In this document: positions 9,724 to 19,342 of the stretch, one piece after another
Numbering within the stretch: the first letter of the stretch is position 1
Layout: each line of letters begins with the position of its first letter
Origin: Phycisphaerae bacterium
GTDB lineage: Bacteria; Planctomycetota; Phycisphaerae; UBA1845
DNA: 26,572 nucleotides
Reading direction: 5' to 3'
Assembly (NCBI GenBank): GCA_041748515.1
Contig: JBGTDB010000324.1
Span: 1-26,572, forward strand
Notes under the pieces: model-generated
What the model saw: the letters and a program-made list of their open reading frames with translations, nothing else
The model's database searches: none
Told to the model about the DNA's origin: nothing
Program-made: the position numbers and the translations under genes

Positions 9724-11490
9724 ATGTGCGGAATTCTGGGCGGGTTCAATGCTGCGTTTGATGAGTCAAGCCTGGTCCGCCTGCGCCATCGCGGACCCGA
9801 TCAGCGAGACCTTCATACGATTCAAATCGACCAGGGCCTGATCACGCTCGGTCAGACACGACTCAACGTGGTGGATCGTCACGACATCGAACTGCCGGTG
9901 CGAATCGGAGACAACGTCGTTCTATTCAATGGAGAGGCCTACAACCACCCGGAACTTCGCGACCAGCTTAAGTCGCATGGCTGGGAGTTTCGTACTCAGA
10001 CCGACACCGAAGTCGTGCTCGCCGCCTATTTGCATTGGGGGCCGGAATGTCTTTCGCGTTTCAACGGAATGTTCGCCATCGCCATTTGGGACGGCCGCCA
10101 GATTTTCTGCGCAAGAGACCGCCTGGGGCAAAAGCCGCTCTACTATCGACGCCGGAATGGCTCATTCGAATTTGCCTCGGAGATCAAGGCCTTCCCGGAG
10201 GCGCAGTTTACATCCCACGAGCTCTTCGAGCTGTTTGAATTCTGTTTCAATGATCATACGCTCTACCGCGACGTTCGCGCCTTGCGCCCGGGGCATTACC
10301 TCATTTTCAATCCGGAAACAGGCACGTGTCGCTCGACGGAATACTGGAACCTCGAGCACCACGTCACCGGCATCGACTACAAGCCCCGCGAGGCCATCGA
10401 AACCTTCATCGCACTGCTCGAGGATTCGGTTCGGCTGCGCATGCGCAGCGACGTGCCCGTGAGCATGTTCCTGGCCGGCGGGCTGGACTCACCGCTGATC
10501 GCCAGGTTGAGCGGCGTCGAAGAAAGCTTTACGTGTCAGTTCGACGAGTTCAAGATCGCCATCAACGAAGAGGAATATGTCAGGGATTTGTCAGAGCGCA
10601 TCGGTTTGAAGGCCCACATGGTGCGGCCGACGCGAGATCAATTCTTCAATGACCTTGAAACGCTCGCGTACCACCTGGAAATGCCCACGGGCTCATTCAG
10701 TGTCTTTGCGCTCTACCGGCTGGCGGCCGCCGCTCGAGGCCGCGGTTACAAGGTCATCCTTTCGGGCGAGGGCTCGGATGAACTTTTCAGCGGCTATGTT
10801 AGAAACGAGCTGCTACTCGGCGAGCCCGCCCGACCAGCGGGAGCCAAGGAAGAGCACTACGCGGGGATGATGGACCGTTATCGCGGGACCGACCTGGCCC
10901 GCTTCTGCCGAATGGCATCGCGGTCGGGGTTGTCTGGCGCGGCTCGCATGGAAGCCTACCTCGCCGACCATTGGAGCCCCGCGCGCACGGCACTTCAGAA
11001 CATCAGCCTCATCGAATCCGGCATCTTCCTCCAGCCGCTTCTGCAAATGGGCGATCGAATGTGCATGGCTCACGGGGTGGAGAATCGCTGCCCGTTTCTC
11101 GATTTTCGCCTGGTCGAATTCGCTTTCTCGCTATCCGATGATCTTCGATTCCGCGAAGGCACCGGCAAGTGGATTGTTCACAAAGCCGCGGAGAAACTTC
11201 TTCCGGCCGGAACCCGACTCCTGCAACGGTCGATCAAGGATGGACTGCCCACGCCGATCAACCTCTGGGTCTTTGGTTCGCACAGCTTCGACCGGCGCCA
11301 TTGGAATTCGCTGATGACCGCCGAGTGCATCAAGTCCATGCAGCGCTCGGGGACAATTCCCCATCCGACCCGAGTGCCGGGCGGACAGGCCGTATCGACC
11401 CCGCGGTCCGCTCCCCGGGGCTATCTCGAATACCGGCCAACGCGCCGCAACCGCCCAACGCCCTATTCAGTCCGGAGTACGCCCCGTTGA
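9724..11490 (+). CDS. asnB: Asparagine synthase-like glutamine amidotransferase (glycan-modifying AsnB type)
   Basis: MCGI N-terminal nucleophile, RHRGPD, FNGE.YN, TDTEV, RDRLGQKPLYY, GGLDS, SGEGSDELFSGY and ENRCPFLD. Confidence 0.92.
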   Translation: MCGILGGFNAAFDESSLVRLRHRGPDQRDLHTIQIDQGLITLGQTRLNVVDRHDIELPVRIGDNVVLFNGEAYNHPELRDQLKSHGWEFRTQTDTEVVLAAYLHWGPECLSRFNGMFAIAIWDGRQIFCARDRLGQKPLYYRRRNGSFEFASEIKAFPEAQFTSHELFELFEFCFNDHTLYRDVRALRPGHYLIFNPETGTCRSTEYWNLEHHVTGIDYKPREAIETFIALLEDSVRLRMRSDVPVSMFLAGGLDSPLIARLSGVEESFTCQFDEFKIAINEEEYVRDLSERIGLKAHMVRPTRDQFFNDLETLAYHLEMPTGSFSVFALYRLAAAARGRGYKVILSGEGSDELFSGYVRNELLLGEPARPAGAKEEHYAGMMDRYRGTDLARFCRMASRSGLSGAARMEAYLADHWSPARTALQNISLIESGIFLQPLLQMGDRMCMAHGVENRCPFLDFRLVEFAFSLSDDLRFREGTGKWIVHKAAEKLLPAGTRLLQRSIKDGLPTPINLWVFGSHSFDRRHWNSLMTAECIKSMQRSGTIPHPTRVPGGQAVSTPRSAPRGYLEYRPTRRNRPTPYSVRSTPR

Positions 11491-12275
11491 GCTCGTTCCA
11501 AGCACCGACCATCGCGGACCTGCCGACGCTCAGCGTGATCGCTCCATGCCTGAACGAAGAGGGCAATGTCGATTTGCTCGCGGACAGGATGCTTTTGGTG
11601 TTCGATGGAATGCGCGTTCCGGCCGAGCTGATTCTGGTGGACGACGCCAGCACCGACGAAACCTGGCGGCGCATCACGGACCGATCCGCCCGCGACCCGC
11701 GTGTTCGCGGCGTGCGCCACGCCTCAAATCAAGGCATCGAGTCTGCCTGGCGAAGCGGTCTTGAAGCCTCGGGCGCGCACCTGGTCTGCCTGATCGACGC
11801 CGATCTGCAAAATCAACCGGAAGACGTACCGCGGCTCTACCAGGCCTATCTGGAGGACGTTCCAGATCTCGTTCAGGGCGTCCGTCATCCGGCCACGTCC
11901 GTCCGTCGCCGACGTTGGTTCAGCCGGGCGTTGAACTTCGTGCTGAACACCACATTCGGCATGAACCTTCGCGACAACAAATCGGGATTTATCCTGACGC
12001 GCCGCGAAGTTATGATGCGTCTCTTGGAGCACCGCCACAACTACCGCTATTTCCAGAGCTTCATCGGCGTGGCGGCCGGGGTCCGCGGCTTCATCATCCG
12101 TGAGGTGGACACGACTTTCGCCCCGCGACATGCGGGTCGGTCCTTCCTGAGCAGCTTTCCGATTCTGGTTTCTTTCAGAATTCTCTGGGAGCTCGCCAGG
12201 TTTCGTGCCGAGACGTGGCAGGTTGCCGCGGGGAACAGGGTCCCTTCCACTCCGGCAACGGCCGTGGAGCTCTAA
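11487..12275 (+). CDS. Family 2 glycosyltransferase (DPM-synthase-like)
   Basis: SVIAPCLNEEGN, VDDASTD, N.G, IDADLQ..P. The TTG start overlaps the asnB stop (TTGA), with GGAG upstream. Confidence 0.88.
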   Translation: MSSFQAPTIADLPTLSVIAPCLNEEGNVDLLADRMLLVFDGMRVPAELILVDDASTDETWRRITDRSARDPRVRGVRHASNQGIESAWRSGLEASGAHLVCLIDADLQNQPEDVPRLYQAYLEDVPDLVQGVRHPATSVRRRRWFSRALNFVLNTTFGMNLRDNKSGFILTRREVMMRLLEHRHNYRYFQSFIGVAAGVRGFIIREVDTTFAPRHAGRSFLSSFPILVSFRILWELARFRAETWQVAAGNRVPSTPATAVEL

Positions 12276-12964
12276 TGCAAACTTCCCCGCTGACCATCAC
12301 GGACGTCGAACGGTGGAACGACACATTCGCCCGCGACCATGACATTGACGAATACTACGCCCGGTCGGGCATGCTCATTCGCTGGATCGAACGTCGCCGC
12401 CTCGCCGACATTCGAACGATGCTCGACGTTTTGCCTGACGACAAGGTTCTCGAAGTCGGCTGCGGCGGCGGGCACGTGCTGCGCATGTTCCCGGAGAACG
12501 AACTCGTCGGAACCGACGTCTCCGGCGAAATGATCCGAAAGGCGCGAAAGAATTTGCAGGGATTCCGAGTGAAGCTGCACAAGGGCGAACTCGACGAATT
12601 GAATCTTCCCAGGGCAAGCCTTGGCCGAATGATCTGCACCGAAGTCCTCGAACACGTCGTCGATCCCGATCGGCTGTTGTCGCAAATGGCCGCCCTGCTC
12701 ACCCCCGGCGGGAGGATTGTCATTACACTCCCCAATGATCGACTGATTGAACGCATCAAGTCTTTCATCTATCGAAGCGGATTGCGGCACCTGCCGCCGT
12801 TTCGCCGCATCTCATGGGGCGGCGACCGCTACCATCTGCATGCTTGGACGGCTCGTGAAATGATCGCGCTACTTTCGTCGCATTTCTCGATTCTAGAGAA
12901 GCGCGCGATCCCCGCCCCCATCCTGCCGATCCGATACGCTTTCGCCTGCACAACATTGACCTGA
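12275..12964 (+). CDS. Class I SAM-dependent methyltransferase
   Basis: VLEVGCGGG, GTDVS, CTEVLEHVVDP, LTPGG. ATG overlaps the GT2 stop (TAATG). Confidence 0.88.
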   Translation: MQTSPLTITDVERWNDTFARDHDIDEYYARSGMLIRWIERRRLADIRTMLDVLPDDKVLEVGCGGGHVLRMFPENELVGTDVSGEMIRKARKNLQGFRVKLHKGELDELNLPRASLGRMICTEVLEHVVDPDRLLSQMAALLTPGGRIVITLPNDRLIERIKSFIYRSGLRHLPPFRRISWGGDRYHLHAWTAREMIALLSSHFSILEKRAIPAPILPIRYAFACTTLT

Positions 12965-13068
12965 TCGACGCAATTTTCACCCGCCTGCTCAGCCTGCCCG
13001 ATCCCCGAATTCAAACGCCGGTCCAGAATCGCACCCCAGCATACTTGTATGCAATGGGAAACAAGACT

Positions 13069-13077
13069 TGGTACAAT
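13069..13077 (+). promoter_or_regulatory. Possible extended -10 promoter
   Basis: TGgTACAAT about 80 bp upstream of ATG 13157. Confidence 0.35.
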
Positions 13078-13156
13078 TGCGCCGCGGCCCGGTGGAATGG
13101 GCATACACAACGAAACACAGAAGGCGAGCGAGAACGCTCAAACCGGAGTTTTATCC

Positions 13157-13723
13157 ATGGCCAAGAGCCCAGAGGAAATGGAAGCGACCATGATCGCGAA
13201 CCTGAAGGAGCAAACGGGGAAATCGCTCGATCAATGGTTGCAGGTTGTTCAGAAGAGCAAAAAGGCCAAGCACGGTGAAATCGTCTCGTTGCTCAAGAGC
13301 GAGCACGGCGTCACACACGGTTACGCCAACCTTATCGCCCACAAGGCCCTCAAGTCGGATGCCGGATCGGCCGTGGGCGACGACGCCCTGGTCGATGCTC
13401 AATACGCCGGGGCCAAAGCCGCCCTGCGTCCGATCTACGACACTCTAGTCACAGAGCTTTCGCGCTTCGGACCCGACGTGGAATTTGCCCCGAAGAAAGC
13501 CTACGTCAGTCTCCGTCGCAACAAGCAGTTCGGAATCATCCAACCATCAACGGCCACTCGAGTTGACGTGGGCATTAATCTGAAAGGCGAGAAGTCGACG
13601 GCCCGGCTCGAAGAATCCGCCAGCTTCAACGCCATGGTCAGCCATCGTGTTCGGATTGGCAGCCCGAATGACATCGATAAGGAACTGATCGGCTGGCTCA
13701 AGAAGGCGTACAAGAGCGCCTAG
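13157..13723 (+). CDS. DUF4287 + DUF5655 domain protein
   Basis: ATG follows GGAG. NLKEQTGKSLDQW...LKSEHGVTHGYAN (DUF4287) and PKKAYVSLRRNKQF...DKELIGWLKKAY (DUF5655). Confidence 0.85.
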   Translation: MAKSPEEMEATMIANLKEQTGKSLDQWLQVVQKSKKAKHGEIVSLLKSEHGVTHGYANLIAHKALKSDAGSAVGDDALVDAQYAGAKAALRPIYDTLVTELSRFGPDVEFAPKKAYVSLRRNKQFGIIQPSTATRVDVGINLKGEKSTARLEESASFNAMVSHRVRIGSPNDIDKELIGWLKKAYKSA

Positions 13724-13757
13724 TCTTGGACCGCAATAGGCGAGAGCTGAAAACCCG

Positions 13758-14426
13758 ATGCGATTCGTGATTGAATACGAAGGGCCGATCTACAATCCCG
13801 CCCCCGCCTGGCACGCCGCTCACCAGTTGGCAGCAGCGGACGTGGGTTGGTCGAGCCTTGACCGGGCCACTTTCTGGCGATTGACCCGCACCAAGGGAAT
13901 TACCGAAGAGATTCTGCCCGCCGCTCGCGACGTCAAGCTCAAGGAATACCGAAAGCAATTCGAGGCACGCCTCGAAAGCAACGAAATCATTGAATTGAAC
14001 GAGTTGCATGACGACATTCGAGACGACCTTACAAACCTGGCCAGGCATGGGGCAAGCACAGTGGTCACCCTTGGCTCCAATTCCGCCGCCAGGGCCGGCA
14101 CCATGAAGCGCGATGGTTTAGAGGGTCTGAAAAATCATCTCGACTCGCTCAATCCCGATCCCCGCCGCCGCCCGGCCGAGCTTACCAGCCTCGCCCAAGG
14201 CGACAGGCGAACGATCGTTGCGGCCGGGACTGACGCCTTCATCCGTTCCGCCAACGATGCGGGGCTCTTTACCGTTGGGATATCCTCAGGGACTTGTAGC
14301 ATCAGCCGGCTCCACGCGGCCGGGGCGGGTGTAGTTTACCAGACCCTGGGTGACCTGGCCGAGTCCCTCCGATCCGGGGCCTCGGACCTGATCCGAGCCG
14401 GCCTCCTGCCAGCTTCGTTGGGCTAA
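13758..14426 (+). CDS. HAD-superfamily-like protein with degenerate catalytic motifs
   Basis: HAD layout is present, but motif I reads VIEYEGPI and motif IV reads VAAGTDAFIRSA. C-terminal AG...VGISSG...LHAAGA. Confidence 0.7.
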   Translation: MRFVIEYEGPIYNPAPAWHAAHQLAAADVGWSSLDRATFWRLTRTKGITEEILPAARDVKLKEYRKQFEARLESNEIIELNELHDDIRDDLTNLARHGASTVVTLGSNSAARAGTMKRDGLEGLKNHLDSLNPDPRRRPAELTSLAQGDRRTIVAAGTDAFIRSANDAGLFTVGISSGTCSISRLHAAGAGVVYQTLGDLAESLRSGASDLIRAGLLPASLG

Positions 14427-14609
14427 GCCGGGGGGTAGTCTCCGCCTTTCCCGGCCTTAGATTCTCAGATTGCCTTCGGGCGGACCTATTGGCAAACTGC
14501 AAGTTTATCAGTCAAAATCCCCCAACCGTACGCTAGGGCAGGGAAACCTGGACTCGATAAGCTCATCTGACCGCCTCTTTCCTGCCCAGGCATTACCAAA
14601 GGCGCATCC

Positions 14610-17036
14610 ATGTCCGATTGCCCGCGATTGGAAGACCTCGAGAACTGGCAGCAGGGCGCGCTGCGCGCCGATCAGGCGGTTCGCCTTCAAGAACATCTTT
14701 CAACTTGCCCGACTTGCCGAGCGACCTATGGCAATCGGTTCGACAATCCGATCGACCGAAACGAAACGGTTGGCATGGAATCAAAAGTATTACCGGCCGG
14801 GGGCGCACCGGCCGCTCCAAATCTTCCCAACCTGATTCGTTCGGATCAGGATGATCTGATACCTCATGGCGAGCAAAGCGGCAGTTCTCCCAAGCGCCGA
14901 GCCGAAAGCTATTACCCGCGTATTGAAGGCTATCGCATCACCGGCGTGCTCGGCCAGGGGGGCATGGGCGTTGTCTATCGCGCAGTTCAGGCGAAGCTGA
15001 ATCGGGCCGTGGCGCTTAAGGTTCTCCCGGCGATGATCGGGAAGGCCAGCCCATCGGCCGTCGCCAGGTTCCGCAGAGAAGCCATCGCCGCCGCCCGGCT
15101 GCATCATACCAATATCGTTCCGATTTATGATTTTGGCGAGTCGCGAGACGCCTACTTTTACGCGATGGAGCTGATCGAAGGACGGCCGGTCAGCGAGCTG
15201 GTCAAGGTCTTCGACGCCGCGAGAATCTCTCAGGCCACGCCCGTCAAGGTGGAGGAAATCGTTCGTCAGGCGGTTTCGGGCACCGCACCGGGTGAGATTC
15301 GTGCGGAGTCCATTTCCGGTACGCGCATCGACGCGCCGATCGGCACGTCGTCCAGCGGCCGAGGCCGGGCCTATCACCAGCAAGTTGCCCGGTGGATCGC
15401 TGACGCGGCCGAGGCGCTCCACTATGCCCACGGCGAGGGCATCATTCACCGCGACATCAAGCCGGCGAATCTGATTCTTTCCACGGACGGGCGGATCATG
15501 ATTACCGACTTTGGGCTGGCCAAGGACGTGGACGAAGATTCCGTCACCGTCACGGGCGCGCTGCTGGGCACGATGCGATACCTTAGTCCTGAGCAGGCCA
15601 TGGCCAAGCGGCTGCCCATGGATCATCGGACGGATGTTTTTTCGCTCGGCGCCACGCTCTACGAGCTGCTTTGTTTTCAACCGGCCGTCCCCGGAGACGA
15701 CGAGAAACAGATCCTCACCGCCATCATCACCCGCGACCCGGTGCCGCCTCGCAAGATTCTGAGCGGCGTACCGGTGGAATTGGAGACGATCTGCCTGAAG
15801 ACGCTGGAGAAGGCGGCCGATGCCCGATACCCAACTGCCCGGGCATTAGCCGAGGATCTGAAGCGGCATCTAAATGACTTGCCGATCGTCACCCGAAAGC
15901 CGGGAATCATCCGCCGCACGAGCAAATTCGTTAAGCGTCATCGGGCGATGAGCGTGGGCGTTGCGGCGGCGGTGTTGCTAAGTGCGGCGGCGGGGCTTGG
16001 GATTCGTGAGCGAGCCCGAAGCATTGCCGAGAAAGTTCAGACCCATCTGGCGCAGGCGGAATCGTTTCTGAAATCGAACGATTGGGACAATGCCATAAGC
16101 GAGTATCGCCTTGCTTTGAACCTCGACGCGAGAAACGTCCGCGCGATGGGGAACCTGGCGCTGGGGCTCAAGGAAAAATACGACCGCCTGCCGGAACCCG
16201 ATTCGACGATACTGGACGAAGCGCTCTACTACTGCGAGCGAGCCATTGAATGGACTTCACATCACGAAGAGGAAGTCGTCAAGCTCTACAATTCCTATGC
16301 TGATATTCTGGTTCTGAAGGAGCGCTTTGATGAAGCCAAGGTCGCCCTCGAAAAAGTATTCGGAGCGGACTTATCCGCGCCTTTTGCCAAATACAATCTG
16401 GCGGGTATCGACTTCCTGGCCGACGATCCGGTAACGGCTGAGCAGACCCTTTCCGAGGTCGTGAATAGTTTTAAAGAGGAAGGGGTCAAGCCCTATTGTC
16501 ATGCATGGTGGGCGCTGGCCATCGTACAACATTACCAAGGCAAACCCGATGCGGCCGACAGCATTGAAAAGGGTATTGATTGTGGCGCCGAAAACCAGGC
16601 GTGGTTCCACCTGGTCAGTGCCCGAGTGAAGCTGACGCTGGATGGACATCTCGACGCCCGCCGTGCTTTGGCTCATGCGATCGTCGCCGACGAGAACGAA
16701 AGTCGCAAGAATCCTCTTTGTAAGCGCTATCTTGCACTGGCGTATCTTCGAAACGGGGAGCCCGCCCAGGCATTGCGCGAGGCTGATCGGGCCATTGAAT
16801 TAGACGACCTTCCGACACCGAATCTGCTGATCAAGGCATTAGCCCTTTTGGAACTCAGACAACCGGACGATGCCCAGCGCGTCTTTCGACAGGCGGAGCG
16901 GGCCTGGCCGGAAGAGTTGAAGGAACCCGGCACCTTCACCCGCCGACGGCACATCGGGCGGCTGTGGTTCGAATCGGCCAACGAACACGACAAGCTCCGC
17001 ACAGAGTTCAAAGCCGCGCACCCCATTCCCGATTAG
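14610..17036 (+). CDS. Ser/Thr protein kinase with N-terminal zf-HC2-like finger, TM helix and TPR region
   Basis: HLSTCPTC, GQGGMGVVY, VALK, HRDIKPAN, DFG, GTMRYLSPEQ, ARY. Hydrophobic VGVAAAVLLSAAAGLGI is followed by helical repeats. Confidence 0.92.
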   Translation: MSDCPRLEDLENWQQGALRADQAVRLQEHLSTCPTCRATYGNRFDNPIDRNETVGMESKVLPAGGAPAAPNLPNLIRSDQDDLIPHGEQSGSSPKRRAESYYPRIEGYRITGVLGQGGMGVVYRAVQAKLNRAVALKVLPAMIGKASPSAVARFRREAIAAARLHHTNIVPIYDFGESRDAYFYAMELIEGRPVSELVKVFDAARISQATPVKVEEIVRQAVSGTAPGEIRAESISGTRIDAPIGTSSSGRGRAYHQQVARWIADAAEALHYAHGEGIIHRDIKPANLILSTDGRIMITDFGLAKDVDEDSVTVTGALLGTMRYLSPEQAMAKRLPMDHRTDVFSLGATLYELLCFQPAVPGDDEKQILTAIITRDPVPPRKILSGVPVELETICLKTLEKAADARYPTARALAEDLKRHLNDLPIVTRKPGIIRRTSKFVKRHRAMSVGVAAAVLLSAAAGLGIRERARSIAEKVQTHLAQAESFLKSNDWDNAISEYRLALNLDARNVRAMGNLALGLKEKYDRLPEPDSTILDEALYYCERAIEWTSHHEEEVVKLYNSYADILVLKERFDEAKVALEKVFGADLSAPFAKYNLAGIDFLADDPVTAEQTLSEVVNSFKEEGVKPYCHAWWALAIVQHYQGKPDAADSIEKGIDCGAENQAWFHLVSARVKLTLDGHLDARRALAHAIVADENESRKNPLCKRYLALAYLRNGEPAQALREADRAIELDDLPTPNLLIKALALLELRQPDDAQRVFRQAERAWPEELKEPGTFTRRRHIGRLWFESANEHDKLRTEFKAAHPIPD

Positions 17037-17190
17037 CCAGAACTTTTCACCTGACATTACCGCAGCAAACTGGTAGTTTAATTCCTAGGTCAAATCGCAT
17101 TAGAACATTGAGATAATTTCAAGTTGATTGTTGAGCCGAGAGCGACGTTCTCGACTTGGTGCATGAGTTGCTACGTTCGGGAGGTGCGTG

Positions 17191-17393
17191 ATGCTGAAGA
17201 ACCGTAATGAATCGCGACTCGCCTTCGCGATGTCGCTCGTCTTTGCCTGCTTGTTATCCACTCGACTATTCGGGGCGGATTGTTTCTGGATCCAATCGGA
17301 CGGCGGGTCGACGACTCGCCGCGGGCCGCCGTCGGGTTCAACGACGGCACCGGCAATGCCCTCTACGTCGGTGGGGATTTCTTGCATACCGGC
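17191..17393 (+). pseudogene. 5' stump of a secreted beta-propeller-type protein (frameshifted, truncated)
   Basis: GGAGG, ATG and signal peptide ...CFWIQSDGG. After a frameshift near 17305-17307 it continues VDDSPRAAVGFNDGTGNALYVGGDFLHTG, then similarity stops. Confidence 0.6.
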
Positions 17394-17990
17394 CGCGAGC
17401 CGATCTCCACCGGGGCTCAGTGCAACGGATCGAACAAAGCCACTGACGTAGGGAACAGGAATAAGTTCCTCCGAGTCAGGTGGCCAGAGGGCCGGCGTGC
17501 CCTCGATGGCAGCGGCGAGCACGACACGCCCGTCATCGGCGACGGCCATTCGTTCGATCACGGTTCCGGCGCGATCGGGTCGGACCGACTGCGCGCCCGG
17601 TTTCCGGAGGTCCCGTCGAAAGATGACGTCGCGTTGAGCCCAAACGATCACCTGCCGATTGGGGCTGACAACCAGGCGATCGGCATCGGGCAGCGGCAGC
17701 CGCGCGAAGGCATCCGGGGACGCGGAATCCGCCAAATGCGACAAGTCCAGATCGCACGCCACGTCGGCGGACGATGAGGCCGCATAAGGAGTTCCGTCGG
17801 CCGCATCCCACCCCATAGCTTCCTCCCCAATACAGGCAGTGATGCGCAGGCTGTTTCCCTCGCGCCGAAAAGCGAGGTTCCTGGCGTCGCCGCCCGCGGG
17901 CAGCGCGATTGCGACCAGGCAATGATCCAGTGCCACCGACAGGTAAAACCACTCCCAACCTCGATGGGATTATGATGCGCCGCACTTCGA
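17388..17990 (-). pseudogene. Internal remnant of a planctomycete-type kinase-WD40 protein
   Basis: Frame reads SKCGAS*SHRGWEWFYLSVALDHC..., i.e. the RGWEWxYL linker with an in-frame stop. WD40-like ARNLAFRREG...WDAADG and VRSVALSPGGDRLAAG follow. No kinase domain and no real start or end. Confidence 0.65.
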
Positions 17991-17992
17991 CG

Positions 17993-19042
17993 TCAGGGCA
18001 GCGAGTACCAGGTCGAGCGGCCCCTGCCACCGCGCTTCAGGTGGCCGGCACCGGTGAGTTCGGCGAGCCTTTTCTTTATCGTGCCTCGGGGTGCTTGCGT
18101 TACGCGAATGATGTCGGCGACGTGAATCTGGCCGTACTCCGTCGCGAGGTCTAGGATGGCTACGGCGAGCTCCGGCATGGTCGAGCGCATGATTCTCTCG
18201 CGCTCGACTTTGGTTTCCAGGTTGCGCTTCTGCCGCTGGAGCGAATTGAGAAAAAACATCAGCCACGCAGACCAGTTGGGGGCCTTTTTCTTGAGCGTGC
18301 CCTGCGTCCGGCGAAGAGCCAGGTAATAGCCCTCCTTGTTCTGCTCAACGATGCTTTCAAGCGAACTGTAGGGCACGTAGGCGTAGCCGTTTTTCAAGAG
18401 GAGCAAGGTGGTTAGCGCGCGGGACAGGCGGCCATTGCCGTCCTGGAACGGATGAATGGCGAGAAAGACGACCACGAAGACCCCGATGGCGACCAGCGGG
18501 TGCAGAGACTTCTCCTTCATCGTCATGTTGAACCAGGCGACGAGTCTTTCCATTTCACGGGGCGTGTCGAAGGGAGACGTGGTCTCAAACACGATGCCCA
18601 CCGATTTGCCCCTGTGATCGAAGGCCTCGACGCTGTTGGGGAATTTCTTGTATTCGCCGCGATGCCGGGCGTCCTTGGTGGAGTGCTTAAGCAGCATGCC
18701 GTGAAGCTGCTTGATGTAGTTCTCGGTGACGGGGATGGCGTCGTAGTTGGAGAACACCGTCTCCATGACCAGGGCGTAGCCGGCGACTTCCTGCTCGTCG
18801 CGCGTCGCGAAGGACTTGGCTCTAACCCGGCCAAGCAACGCCTCGACCTGCCGGTCGGTAAGCTTGGCCCCCTCGATCCGCGTCGAGGAGCCGACGCTCT
18901 CGATGGTCGCGATTTTGCGCAGCTCGCGGAGCCGCTCCGGGGCGAGCTTGCCGATGGCTCGCCAAGCGCCCTTGAACTCGTCGATCTCAGCGATGAGCGA
19001 GAGTATTTCCTGGGTGATGGTGAGCGAGCCGGTGCGGATCAT
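17993..19042 (-). CDS. fic: Fic-family protein (class II-like, C-terminal wHTH), copy 1
   Basis: HPFQDGNGRLSR active motif, inhibitory-type SSTRIEG, C-terminal HTH. Start MIRTGSL at 19042 is preferred over 19060. Confidence 0.92.
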   Translation of the reverse strand: MIRTGSLTITQEILSLIAEIDEFKGAWRAIGKLAPERLRELRKIATIESVGSSTRIEGAKLTDRQVEALLGRVRAKSFATRDEQEVAGYALVMETVFSNYDAIPVTENYIKQLHGMLLKHSTKDARHRGEYKKFPNSVEAFDHRGKSVGIVFETTSPFDTPREMERLVAWFNMTMKEKSLHPLVAIGVFVVVFLAIHPFQDGNGRLSRALTTLLLLKNGYAYVPYSSLESIVEQNKEGYYLALRRTQGTLKKKAPNWSAWLMFFLNSLQRQKRNLETKVERERIMRSTMPELAVAILDLATEYGQIHVADIIRVTQAPRGTIKKRLAELTGAGHLKRGGRGRSTWYSLP

Positions 19043-19073
19043 AGCCACAAATATAGCCAATTAGAGCCAATTA
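19042..19073 (-). repeat. Three tandem ~10-bp repeats upstream of Fic copy 1
   Basis: Minus strand TAATTGGCTC, TAATTGGCTA and TTTGTGGCTA, the last overlapping the ATG. An opposite-strand GTGGCTATAT lies at 19111-19120. Confidence 0.7.
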
Positions 19074-19130
19074 AGCAAGCCGGGACTTTCGGCCCCAATT
19101 GGTCACGAAAGTGGCTATATCATCGCCTTC

Positions 19131-19342
19131 ATGAACGCAACGTAAACGATCGGATCGCTGGCAAGGGCAGCACGCACTCCGACCTCGACGGTGCGATACT
19201 ATGAGCGTTGCGGCCTGTTGGAACCACAATCGCGCAGCCGTGCCAACTACCGGGTGTACGACGAGCACGCGCCGTGCGGCGATCGCATTTTGTTCGCTCC
19301 GCACAAGCTGCAGGTTTACGATGTACAACGGGCTTCACGGTG
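19131..19342 (+). pseudogene. MerR-family regulator pseudogene
   Basis: MNAT*TIGSLARAARTPTSTVRYYERCGLLEPQSRSRANYRVYDEHA, then a frameshift to VRRSHFVRSAQAAG..GFT. Contains a stop at codon 5 and a frameshift. Confidence 0.8.

Noticed and set aside
9724-11490. Lasso-peptide cyclase
   Set aside because: It retains the MCGI glutaminase domain, and there is no precursor, B protease or RRE gene nearby.
831-13156. ORF-track 5' extensions (831-1025, 8399-8800, 11169-11486, 13049-13156)
   Set aside because: Better starts with SD sequences or stop-start overlaps lie downstream, and the extensions have no family-like sequence.
17100-17936. 278-aa ORF as an intact WD40 gene
   Set aside because: Similarity begins upstream of its GTG across a stop codon and ends near 17388. 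The remainder is antisense of another stump and its promoter.
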